64,000 bases of DNA, from contig CAVVDC010000008.1 of the NCBI GenBank assembly GCA_963746855.1, positions 21,115 through 85,114 on the forward strand. The letters run 5' to 3'. This DNA is from an uncultured Chloroflexia bacterium. GTDB lineage: Bacteria; Chloroflexota; Limnocylindria; Limnocylindrales; CSP1-4. Shown here one piece after another: positions 8,083 to 16,177 of the stretch. The notes under the pieces were generated by a model. The model had not been told where the DNA came from, did no database searches, and saw only the letters and a program-made list of their open reading frames with translations. Numbering within the stretch: the stretch's first letter is position 1; the number at the start of each line of letters is the position of its first letter. Position numbers and translations under genes: made by a program.

Positions 8083-10988
8083 CGGGCGCCGTCCCACGGC
8101 TCGACGTCGGCGAAGCGCTCGAGAGCGGCCAGGTCCTTGTCGCCACGGCCCGAGAACCCGACGAGCATCAGGACCTCGTCCGGCCAGCCGCCGCCGACGC
8201 TGCCGATCCCGCCGAGCAACCTGGGCAGGGCGGCCACGGCGTGGGCGGTCTCGAGCGCGGGCAGGATCCCCTCGGTGCGGGTCGTGGTCTTCATCGCGGC
8301 CACGGCCTCACGGTCGGTCGCGGCGGCGACCTCGATCCGGCCACCTTCGGCCAGGGCGGCCAGTTGCGGGCCGATGCCCGGGTAGTCCAGCCCGGCCGAC
8401 GCCGAATGGGCCTCGACGACCTGGCCGTCGCGGTCCTGGAGCATCAGCGAGCGTGAGCCGTGCAGGATGCCGGGCGTGCCGCCGAGGATGGCTGCCGCGT
8501 GACGCCCGGTCTCCATCCCGTCGCCGGCCGCCTCGACGACCGCAAGCCGGACGGTCGGCTCGCCGATGAACCGGGCCAGCAAGCCGATCGCATTCGAGCC
8601 CCCACCGACGCACGCCACCGCGACATCGGGCAGCCGCCCCTCGACGGCGTGGAGCTGGGCCGCGGCCTCATCGCCGATGCGGCGCTGGAGGTCGCGCACG
8701 ATCGTGGGATACGGGTGCGGACCCATCGCCGACCCGAGCACGTAGTGGGTCGTCTCCACGTTCGTGACCCAGTCGCGCATCGCCTCGTTGACCGCGTCCT
8801 TGAGGGTGGCCGTACCAGACGTGACCGAGCGGACCTCCGCGCCGAGCGCGTGCATGCGCAGGACGTTGGGGCCCTGGCGCTCGATGTCCTCGGCGCCCAT
8901 GTACACGACGCACGGCAGGTCGAGCAGCGCGCACGCGGTCGCGGTCGCGACGCCGTGCTGGCCGGCGCCGGTCTCGGCGATCACCCGCGTCTTGTCGAGA
9001 CGCCGCGTCAGCAGGGCCTGGCCGAGGGCGTTGTTGATCTTGTGGGCACCGGTGTGGGCGAGGTCCTCGCGCTTCAGGTACAGCCGCAGGGCCGGGATGC
9101 GTGGCGCTCGACTTCGGCGGTTCGAGCCGGCAAGCCGCGACGCTTCCACGCGGACGGCCTCCCCCAGGCGATCCGCCCGGTAGATGGGCGTGGGCCGACC
9201 CGCATACCGTTCGAGCAGCCCGCGCAGTTCCGCCCAGAACACCGGGTCGTGGCGGAGGGCGTCGTAGGCCGTCTCGAGCTGCTCGAGCGCGGCCATCAGC
9301 GTTTCGGGGACGTACCGGCCACCGAAGTCCCGCTCCATCCCCCAGCGGCCAGCCCCATCCGCATCCAGCAGGCCCGCGGGCACGGGCGTCGGCCCGAACG
9401 GGGTGTTCGGTCGATCGTCGCGGGCAGCCCGCGCCCGCTTGACGAACAGCTCGACGAGATACGGGTCCTTCACCGGGCGCTGGCCGGGTTCCCGCGGGAA
9501 CTCGACCCCCGAGGCGACATCGACCCCGACCGCCGGAACGTCGCGGAGGGCGCCGGCGACATTGGCGGCCGACAGCCCGCCGGCCAACGTGACCGGCAGC
9601 TCACGAGCGACCGCCCCGGCCAGCGCGATCGACGCCCGTTGGCCCGTGCCGCCCGGGTGCGGACCGCCGGCCGTGTCGAGCAGGAGCCGCTCCGCCCCGG
9701 CGGCCAGGAACGCGCGCCCGCGCTCGGCGATCCGCGCTGCGGCCTCGGTGACGTTCAACGGCGGTCCGGCTGGCAGGTGCAGCACCTTCCAGACGGGACG
9801 CCCGGCCGTGGCGACCACCTCGATCGGCTCGTCGCCGTTGCACTGGATGGCGTCAGGATCGATCGCCGCGACGATGTCGGCGAGCCCTTCGGGTGTCGCG
9901 TCCACGGTGATCGCGACGAGTCGGGGGCGGGCCGCTTCGCTCGTCAGGTCGCGGATCGCCCGCGCGAGGGCCGCTGCCTCTTCGAGGGCCATGGCCCGCG
10001 GCGTCCCCGGCACCAGGTTCAGTCCGAGCGCATCCGCGCCGGCCGAGGCGGCCGCGATCGCGCTGCCGATGTCGCCGACCCCGCAGATCTTCACGAACGG
10101 CCGGCGCGCGACGTTGGCCGGGTCGGTCGGCGCGGCGCCGGCGGCCACGAACGCCCGCGCGGCGGCTTCGGCATCGGCCGAGCGCATGAGCGCCTCGCCG
10201 ACGAGGGCCCCATCGAATCCCTGCGCTCGCCACCGGGCGATCGACTCGGGGTCGCGGACGCCCGACTCGGCGATGACCACGCGATCGTCGGGGACGAACG
10301 CGCGCAGCCGGCCGGCTCGTTCCGGATCGACGACCAGCGTCCGAAGGTCTCGATTGTTGAGGCCGATGAGCCGGGCGTCGGTCTCGAGCGCCAAGGCCAG
10401 CTCGCGTCCGTCGTGGACCTCGACGAGCGGCTCGAGCCCGAGTTCCAGGGCCCGGTCCACGAGCGCCCGCAACCGGCGCTTGGAGGGGTGCAGCACGGCC
10501 AGCACGAGCACGGCATCCGCCCCGGCCGCACGCAGCATCTCGAGCTGGCGGGCGTCGACGACGAACTCCTTCGCGAGGACCGGGATCGACACGGCGGCGC
10601 GGACCGCGCGCAGGTCCTCGACGGAACCGCCGAACCAGTGCGGCTCACACAAGACCGAGATGGCCGCCGCCCCACCGGCCTGGTACGCACGCGCCCGCTC
10701 GACGACGTCCTCACCGCCGCCGGCGATCCGTCCGGCCGACGGCGACGAGCGCTTGATCTCGGCGATGAGATGGAGACCCGGCGCCAGGAATCGCTCCACG
10801 AATCCGCGCGGCGCGGTGGCACCGACCAGGACGTCGCGGGCGCCGGCAAGGTCGCTGCCGAACGCCGCCTCGAGGTCCGCCTTCCGACGCGCCGCGATCT
10901 CCTCGACCACGTTGCGCGCCCGCTTCGGCGATGCGGCGGAGGCGCCAGGCGCGGCCTTCCCCCGCCGAGGTGCCAGCGTCGCCGTCAT
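8079..10988 (-). CDS. trpCFB: Triple fusion: indole-3-glycerol phosphate synthase / PRA isomerase / tryptophan synthase beta
   Basis: One 969-aa ORF containing TrpC (IAEIKRSSPS, GLNNRDL, AESG), TrpF (VKICG, LLLDT, LAGGLS, DVASGVE) and TrpB (FGGRYVPE, KREDLAHTGAHKINN, GGGSNA, SGRGDKD). Confidence 0.93.
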   Translation of the reverse strand: MTATLAPRRGKAAPGASAASPKRARNVVEEIAARRKADLEAAFGSDLAGARDVLVGATAPRGFVERFLAPGLHLIAEIKRSSPSAGRIAGGGEDVVERARAYQAGGAAAISVLCEPHWFGGSVEDLRAVRAAVSIPVLAKEFVVDARQLEMLRAAGADAVLVLAVLHPSKRRLRALVDRALELGLEPLVEVHDGRELALALETDARLIGLNNRDLRTLVVDPERAGRLRAFVPDDRVVIAESGVRDPESIARWRAQGFDGALVGEALMRSADAEAAARAFVAAGAAPTDPANVARRPFVKICGVGDIGSAIAAASAGADALGLNLVPGTPRAMALEEAAALARAIRDLTSEAARPRLVAITVDATPEGLADIVAAIDPDAIQCNGDEPIEVVATAGRPVWKVLHLPAGPPLNVTEAAARIAERGRAFLAAGAERLLLDTAGGPHPGGTGQRASIALAGAVARELPVTLAGGLSAANVAGALRDVPAVGVDVASGVEFPREPGQRPVKDPYLVELFVKRARAARDDRPNTPFGPTPVPAGLLDADGAGRWGMERDFGGRYVPETLMAALEQLETAYDALRHDPVFWAELRGLLERYAGRPTPIYRADRLGEAVRVEASRLAGSNRRSRAPRIPALRLYLKREDLAHTGAHKINNALGQALLTRRLDKTRVIAETGAGQHGVATATACALLDLPCVVYMGAEDIERQGPNVLRMHALGAEVRSVTSGTATLKDAVNEAMRDWVTNVETTHYVLGSAMGPHPYPTIVRDLQRRIGDEAAAQLHAVEGRLPDVAVACVGGGSNAIGLLARFIGEPTVRLAVVEAAGDGMETGRHAAAILGGTPGILHGSRSLMLQDRDGQVVEAHSASAGLDYPGIGPQLAALAEGGRIEVAAATDREAVAAMKTTTRTEGILPALETAHAVAALPRLLGGIGSVGGGWPDEVLMLVGFSGRGDKDLAALERFADVEPWDGAR

Positions 10989-12022
10989 GCCGTCACCTCT
11001 GACCCCGCCGCCGCCCGGCGCTCGGCGCGCAGGCGCTCGAGCAACTCGAGACCGAGCCCGGCGTCGATGGTCAGCGCGGCCCGCTCGATCCCCTCCTCCA
11101 TCGATCCGACGGCGTCGGCCACGAGCAACGCCGCGGCCGCGTTGAGGACCACGACGTCGCGCCGGGCGCCCGGTTCGCCGCGCAGCACCGACTCCACCAT
11201 CCGCGCGTTCTCGTCGGCGGTGCCGCCGACGAACCTGGCGGTCGGTGTCAGCGGGAAGCCCAGCCGTGACGCCGGGATCTCGTGTCGGTCGACCCCGTCG
11301 GGACTCACGTGGTAGAGGACGCCGCTGTCGTCGAGCGGCAGCTCATCGATCCCGGCGCCATGGATGACGAACGTCTTTTCGGTCCCGAGCCGCTTCGCGA
11401 CCTCCGCGACGCGCAACGCGGCGGCCGGGTCGCCGACGCCCAGCAACTGGCGGGTCGTGCCCGCGGGGTTGGTCAACGGGCCGAGCAGGTTGAACGCGGT
11501 CCGGACCCCGATCTCTCGCCGCGTGGGGCCCGCGTGCTTCATGGCCGGATGGAAGCTCGGGGCGAACATGAACGCGAACCCGACCTCGCGCAGGGCCGCA
11601 CCGGCTGACGCCGCGTCGTGATCGATCCGGACACCAAGGGCATCGAGGACGTCCGCCGATCCCGCCTTCGAGGTGATCGCCCGATTGCCGTGCTTCGCCA
11701 CCGGGATACCGGCCGCGGCCGCGATGAGTGCCGCGGTCGTGGAGATGTTGAACGTCCCGCTGCCGTCGCCACCGGTCCCGACGACGTCGATCGCGCCGGT
11801 CGGCGCTTCCACCCGGACCACGCGCTCACGCATGGCGGCCGCGAACCCGGCCAGCTCGTCGACGGTCTCGCCGCGCATCCGGAGGCCCATCAGCAACGCC
11901 GCCAGCTGGGCGGGCGTCGCCTCGCCGTCCATCACCGCGCCCATCGCGAGGCGTGCCTCGTCCATCGACAGCGTCCCGCCGTCGACGATCGTGACGAGCG
12001 CGGCTCGCACCTGGTCGCTCAC
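10985..12022 (-). CDS. trpD: Anthranilate phosphoribosyltransferase
   Basis: DVVGTGGDG, NIST, KHGNR, RTAFNLLGPLTNP; GTG start overlaps trpG stop. Confidence 0.96.
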   Translation of the reverse strand: MSDQVRAALVTIVDGGTLSMDEARLAMGAVMDGEATPAQLAALLMGLRMRGETVDELAGFAAAMRERVVRVEAPTGAIDVVGTGGDGSGTFNISTTAALIAAAAGIPVAKHGNRAITSKAGSADVLDALGVRIDHDAASAGAALREVGFAFMFAPSFHPAMKHAGPTRREIGVRTAFNLLGPLTNPAGTTRQLLGVGDPAAALRVAEVAKRLGTEKTFVIHGAGIDELPLDDSGVLYHVSPDGVDRHEIPASRLGFPLTPTARFVGGTADENARMVESVLRGEPGARRDVVVLNAAAALLVADAVGSMEEGIERAALTIDAGLGLELLERLRAERRAAAGSEVTA

Positions 12023-12693
12023 CGCGCCGCCTCCGTGGCCTCGGCCATGCCGGCCGTCGCGAACGAGCCACTCGCCGCATCGAGCAGTGACGCCTCGCCC
12101 TCGCCCGCCTGGCGCAGGAAGTTCGCGAGCAGGTGCGGGCCCTCGGGCGTCAACACGCTCTCCGGGTGGAACTGGACGCCCTCGAGCGGCAGCGTCGCGT
12201 GCCGGATGCCCATCACCACCCGGTCGACCTCGCTCATCGCCGTCACGCGCAACTCCGGCGGGAGCGTGGCCGGATCGACCACCAGCGAGTGATAGCGCGC
12301 GGCCATGAACGCGGGCGGCATCCCCTCGAGCAGCCCGGCGCCGTCGTGGGTTACCTCGGACGCTTCGCCGTGGACGAGCGTCGGCGCGCGGACGATCGAG
12401 CCCCCGAACGCGACGGCCATCGACTGCATGCCCAGGCACACGCCCAGCACGGGGATCGCGCGCGCCGCGGCGACCTGGATCGCCTCGACCGACACGCCCG
12501 CGTCGTCGGGGTCGCCGGGCCCGGGCGAGATGACGATGCCCCGCAGGTCGGCCGCGGGGTCGTCGGCCATCGCCTCGACGCCGGATCGATCGATGGCGTC
12601 GTTGCGGATGACCCGGACCTCCGCACCCGCGGCCTGGAGCGCCTGCACCAGGTTGAAGGTGAAGCTGTCGTAGTTGTCGACGACGAGGATCAC
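12019..12693 (-). CDS. trpG: Anthranilate synthase component II (glutamine amidotransferase)
   Basis: DNYDSFTFNL, SPGPG, GVCLG, RYHSL, QFHPES. Confidence 0.96.
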   Translation of the reverse strand: MILVVDNYDSFTFNLVQALQAAGAEVRVIRNDAIDRSGVEAMADDPAADLRGIVISPGPGDPDDAGVSVEAIQVAAARAIPVLGVCLGMQSMAVAFGGSIVRAPTLVHGEASEVTHDGAGLLEGMPPAFMAARYHSLVVDPATLPPELRVTAMSEVDRVVMGIRHATLPLEGVQFHPESVLTPEGPHLLANFLRQAGEGEASLLDAASGSFATAGMAEATEAAR

Positions 12694-14303
12694 GAGCGCA
12701 CTCCCGCCGCGGGTTCGGCGTCCGGTTCCGCGGCCGGCGCGTCGGGGACGCCGGCGGCCAGGTCGATGGCCCGTCGCAAGGCGGCGGCCTTGTGGTCGGT
12801 CTCCTCGAACTCACGCTCCGGCACCGATCCAGCGACGATCCCGGCGCCCGTGTGGACGTGGGCCTGGCCATCCTTGAGGACGGCGCTCCGGATCGTGATG
12901 GCCGTGTCCATGTTGCCGTCGTAGCCGAGATAGCCGACCGCGCCGCCGTACAGCCCCCGGCGCTCGCCCTCGGCGGCGGCGATGAGCTGCATCGCCCGGA
13001 CCTTCGGGGCGCCCGAGAGGGTGCCCGCCGGGAAGACGGCGCGCAGGGCATCGAGCGCGTCGGCATCCGGGCGGAGCCGGCCCTCGACGTGCGACACGAG
13101 ATGGAGCACGTGGCTGTAGCGCTCGACCTCCATGTACTTGCTCACCGTGACCGTCCCGGCTCGGGCGACGCGGCCGAGGTCGTTGCGCCCGAGGTCGACG
13201 AGCATGACGTGCTCGGCGCGCTCCTTCGGGTCCTTCTGGAGCTGCTCGGCCAGCAGGTCGTCCTCGCGGGCGTCGGCGCCGCGCGGACGGGTCCCAGCGA
13301 TGGGATGGGTCGTCAGGCGATCGCCCTCGACTCGGAGCAGCAATTCCGGCGATGCCCCGACGACCTCGAATGACGGCGTCCGCACGAAGAACAGGTACGG
13401 GCTCGGGTTCACGCGTCGCAGCGCACGGTAGATCGCGATGCCATCCATCGCGGCGCCCGTGGCCGGATCGATCGGCAGCTCGAACGACTGGCGCCGGGCC
13501 AGCACGACCTGGATCGCCTCGCCGGCGGCGATGGCGTCCTTGGCGACCTCGACCGCGTGGACGTAGGCCTCGCGCCCAAGGCTGGTGTCGATCGGGGGCC
13601 GCGACGTGGCGGCGGCGCCATCGCCGGCCCGCGCGTTCGTTCCGGCGAGCTCGGCCGTGGACGGCCGGGACGTCCGGTCGAGCGCATCGAAGATGGCCGC
13701 CTCGGCGATGCGGTACCGGCCCTCAAGATCGGGCGCATCGGTGTGCAGCGACGCGATCGCCGACAGCGTGTGGGTGAGGTGGTCGAAGACGATGACCAGG
13801 TCCGTCTCGATGAAGGCGGCGGTCGGGACCGCAACGGGATCGCGGTCGGGCAACGGGACGGTCGGCTCGAACGCCGAGACGGCGTCGTACGCGAGGGCGC
13901 CGACGGCGCCGCCGGTGAACCGCGGCATGCCCTCGATCGGCAGCACCCGGCGGCGCGGCGCGAATTCGCGGATCGCCGCGAGCGGGTCTGCGACCTCGGC
14001 GACCTCGATCGGCAGGTCGGGCGCGTACGTGGGCACCGTTACGGGGCGCGTCTGCGTGCGCGCGAGCCCGTCGCGAACCTCGAGGAGCCGCCGGGGCCCG
14101 ATGCCGAGGAACGAGTAGCGCCCGACGCGTTCGCCGCCCTCCACGGACTCGAGGAGGTACGCCGGCCCGCCATCATCGAGACGCAGGAACGCTCCGATGG
14201 GCGTTTCCAGGTCGGCCGGACGCGTCGCGCGCAGCAGCACCGTGTCGGCATCGCTGGCCAGACGCTTGGTCTGGGCCAGGCTGAGCGGATCCGTCGTCGT
14301 CAT
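12690..14303 (-). CDS. trpE: Anthranilate synthase component I
   Basis: LLESVEGG, NPSPY, ASPELL, PIAGTRPRG, EHVMLVDLGRND, GTLSGAPK. Confidence 0.96.
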   Translation of the reverse strand: MTTTDPLSLAQTKRLASDADTVLLRATRPADLETPIGAFLRLDDGGPAYLLESVEGGERVGRYSFLGIGPRRLLEVRDGLARTQTRPVTVPTYAPDLPIEVAEVADPLAAIREFAPRRRVLPIEGMPRFTGGAVGALAYDAVSAFEPTVPLPDRDPVAVPTAAFIETDLVIVFDHLTHTLSAIASLHTDAPDLEGRYRIAEAAIFDALDRTSRPSTAELAGTNARAGDGAAATSRPPIDTSLGREAYVHAVEVAKDAIAAGEAIQVVLARRQSFELPIDPATGAAMDGIAIYRALRRVNPSPYLFFVRTPSFEVVGASPELLLRVEGDRLTTHPIAGTRPRGADAREDDLLAEQLQKDPKERAEHVMLVDLGRNDLGRVARAGTVTVSKYMEVERYSHVLHLVSHVEGRLRPDADALDALRAVFPAGTLSGAPKVRAMQLIAAAEGERRGLYGGAVGYLGYDGNMDTAITIRSAVLKDGQAHVHTGAGIVAGSVPEREFEETDHKAAALRRAIDLAAGVPDAPAAEPDAEPAAGVRS

Positions 14304-14320
14304 CGCGTGGGCCTCTGAGA

Positions 14321-14357
14321 ATCACAAACGACCGTTCGTCCCGGGACGAAAGGTCGT
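14321..14357 (-). terminator. T-box attenuator terminator hairpin
   Basis: ACGACCTTTCGTCCC/GGGACGAACGGTCGT stem followed by TTGTGATT on the minus strand. Confidence 0.7.
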
Positions 14358-14612
14358 GCCTTCCGCGGTGCCACCCTCATTCGGCGATGCCGCACTCTCG
14401 TGACCGACGGGTCGACCGGTGTCGCCACCGGCGCCGATCGGCGCTGCCCTGTATCGCTGGCGCTCTGCGCCGGAGCCTACTGACGTCGGTATCGCCCGTC
14501 GCGTTCGGTCCGGAGGCTCCCGGGTCCATTCACCATCGTCGTCGTCCCGGCTCGCACCAGCCGCCGGGTCTCTGAGTCGACGTGCGACGGGTACTCGTCC
14601 CGTTCACAGCCC
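14321..14612 (-). promoter_or_regulatory. T-box riboswitch (Trp specifier) leader of trp operon
   Basis: Minus strand: stem I with AGTA, AGAGA and GGTGCGA elements; specifier loop GAA-TGG-ACC (UGG at 14526-14528); T-box AATGAGGGTGGCACCGCGG (14363-14381); downstream terminator hairpin. Confidence 0.92.
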
Positions 14613-14633
14613 GTTCTTCGTGATGTGGCCGGG

Positions 14634-14663
14634 AGTATGGGCGGGTGCCGCGGACGACGTCAA
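14634..14663 (-). promoter_or_regulatory. Sigma70-type promoter of trp leader
   Basis: TTGACG-N18-CATACT immediately upstream of T-box stem I. Confidence 0.7.
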
Positions 14664-14872
14664 GCGTCGTGACGTGCTGGTCCTGGCTCCGCGGGCCGCT
14701 CGTCGAAGGCCTCGCATCGCAGCATCGGTCGGGGCGGGTAGCGCGGATACCGCGGATCCGTCCGTGAGCGCTCGCACAGGATGAACGTGCTGCCGCGGCT
14801 CGTGTCCACCCGACGGGCGTGCAAGCACGTTGCGCAGAGGCCGGCTCGGGCGCTGTCGGAACGCGCGGTCAA
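14660..14872 (-). CDS. Small Cys-rich hypothetical protein (possible metal binding)
   Basis: GLCATCLHAR...FILCERS..DPRYPRYP...RC, four Cys; lies between tRNA and trp promoter. Confidence 0.6.
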   Translation of the reverse strand: MTARSDSARAGLCATCLHARRVDTSRGSTFILCERSRTDPRYPRYPPRPMLRCEAFDERPAEPGPARHDA

Positions 14873-14897
14873 GGCGGCCAGGCCTGCCGCGGACGTG

Positions 14898-14985
14898 TGG
14901 CGGAGAGGGTGGGATTCGAACCCACGGAGTCTCTCGACTCTGCGCTTTTCAAGAGCGCCGCCATCAACCGCTCGGCCACCTCTCC
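14898..14985 (-). tRNA. tRNA-Ser(UGA)
   Basis: GGAGAGG/CCTCTCC acceptor stem, discriminator G, encoded CCA; anticodon arm GCGCT-CTTGAAA-AGCGC; long variable arm; GGTTCGAATCC T-loop; 88 nt. Confidence 0.97.
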
Positions 14986-15034
14986 GGTGCGCAGGATACC
15001 AGCGAGTCGGCGTCGGACCGCCCGCATGATCCGT

Positions 15035-16177
15035 TCAGGCGGGCTTCTGCCGTGAGCGTCGGCGTGAACTCAGACCGAAGACGCCGATCCAGCGCCGGAC
15101 GACCGGCAGCCAGGCCATCGCGCCCAGGACCTGGATGCCCATCGCCACCACGACCAGCAGCAGTCCTGGCACCGAGAGCACGAGACCTGGAACCGCCCAA
15201 TCGAACGTTTCCGTGAACGGGGCGAAGACCGAGGTCGTCAGGTCGATCGCAGGCTCGTCGGTCGCGCTCTCGCCTGGCGAGCCGCCCAAGCCAGGCAACG
15301 TCAGCGCGGCGCCCGGTGGCGGCGATCCTGGCCCGGTGCCGGCGCCACCCAGGACCGAAGGGCTCGATGACGGGTCATCGCGGCTTGGACGGTCGGAGGG
15401 CGACCCGGGAGCGGTGCCCACGGAGGTCGGGGTTGGCGCCGCCGACGATGGAGCCGCCGTCGCCCCGCCGGCTGGGGTCGGGGTCGGCGTCGGTGTGGGG
15501 ATCGGAGTGGCGCCCGGTGGCGGTGTCGGGGTCGGAACAGGCGTCGGGGTCGGAACGGGTGTGGGTGTCGGAACGAGCGTGGGTGTCGGGGTCGGTGTCA
15601 CGGTCGGCGTCGGCGTGGGTGCCGGCGTGGGCGTGGGTGTCGGCGTCGGCGTGGGTGTCGCGGTCGGGGCCGGGGTGGCGACCTTCGCCTTGATCGCGAT
15701 CAACAGGGTCTTCGGGTCGTCGAAGCCGTCGCTGCAGTCCTGCGACCTCCAGGCGTCAGCGTTCCACTCATACGCGCCGGGGACCGTCCCACTGACGACG
15801 ATCTCGGTCGTCACCGACTTGTTCCCGGGTGGTGGCGCATCGAGGCGATCGCCGCCGTTCGATGCCTGGATGGTCACCGTCGTCGATCCGCTCGTCGACG
15901 CCAGCCAGGTCGTGCCACTTGGCTGGGCGACCACATCGGCCGAGGTCACATCGAAGGCGCCGGGGATGTCGATCGTCACGCATCCAAGGTCGTCCTTGCC
16001 AGTTGGCCCACCCTGGTTGGCGAACGTGACCGAGATCGTCGTCTTGACGCCGTTCTCGATGACCGCGGGTGAACGGTTGATCCGCCAGGTCGTTGCCGCG
16101 AGGCCCGTTGCCGGCAAGGCGAAGCTGACGATCCACGCCAGGAGCACCAGGCTGCCGGCGATGCGGCGGGACATCAC
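15035..16177 (-). CDS. Secreted, membrane-anchored protein with Pro/Thr-rich linker
   Basis: Signal peptide (RRIAGSLVLLAWIVSFALPATGLA), beta-rich domain with two Cys, (PT)n linker, C-terminal hydrophobic segment followed by basic tail. Confidence 0.8.
   Translation of the reverse strand: MMSRRIAGSLVLLAWIVSFALPATGLAATTWRINRSPAVIENGVKTTISVTFANQGGPTGKDDLGCVTIDIPGAFDVTSADVVAQPSGTTWLASTSGSTTVTIQASNGGDRLDAPPPGNKSVTTEIVVSGTVPGAYEWNADAWRSQDCSDGFDDPKTLLIAIKAKVATPAPTATPTPTPTPTPTPAPTPTPTVTPTPTPTLVPTPTPVPTPTPVPTPTPPPGATPIPTPTPTPTPAGGATAAPSSAAPTPTSVGTAPGSPSDRPSRDDPSSSPSVLGGAGTGPGSPPPGAALTLPGLGGSPGESATDEPAIDLTTSVFAPFTETFDWAVPGLVLSVPGLLLVVVAMGIQVLGAMAWLPVVRRWIGVFGLSSRRRSRQKPA
15470..15682 (-). repeat. Low-complexity (Pro-Thr)n coding repeat
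   Basis: Degenerate 6-bp units (gtcggg/gtcggc/gtgggt) encoding PTPTPT. Confidence 0.85.
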
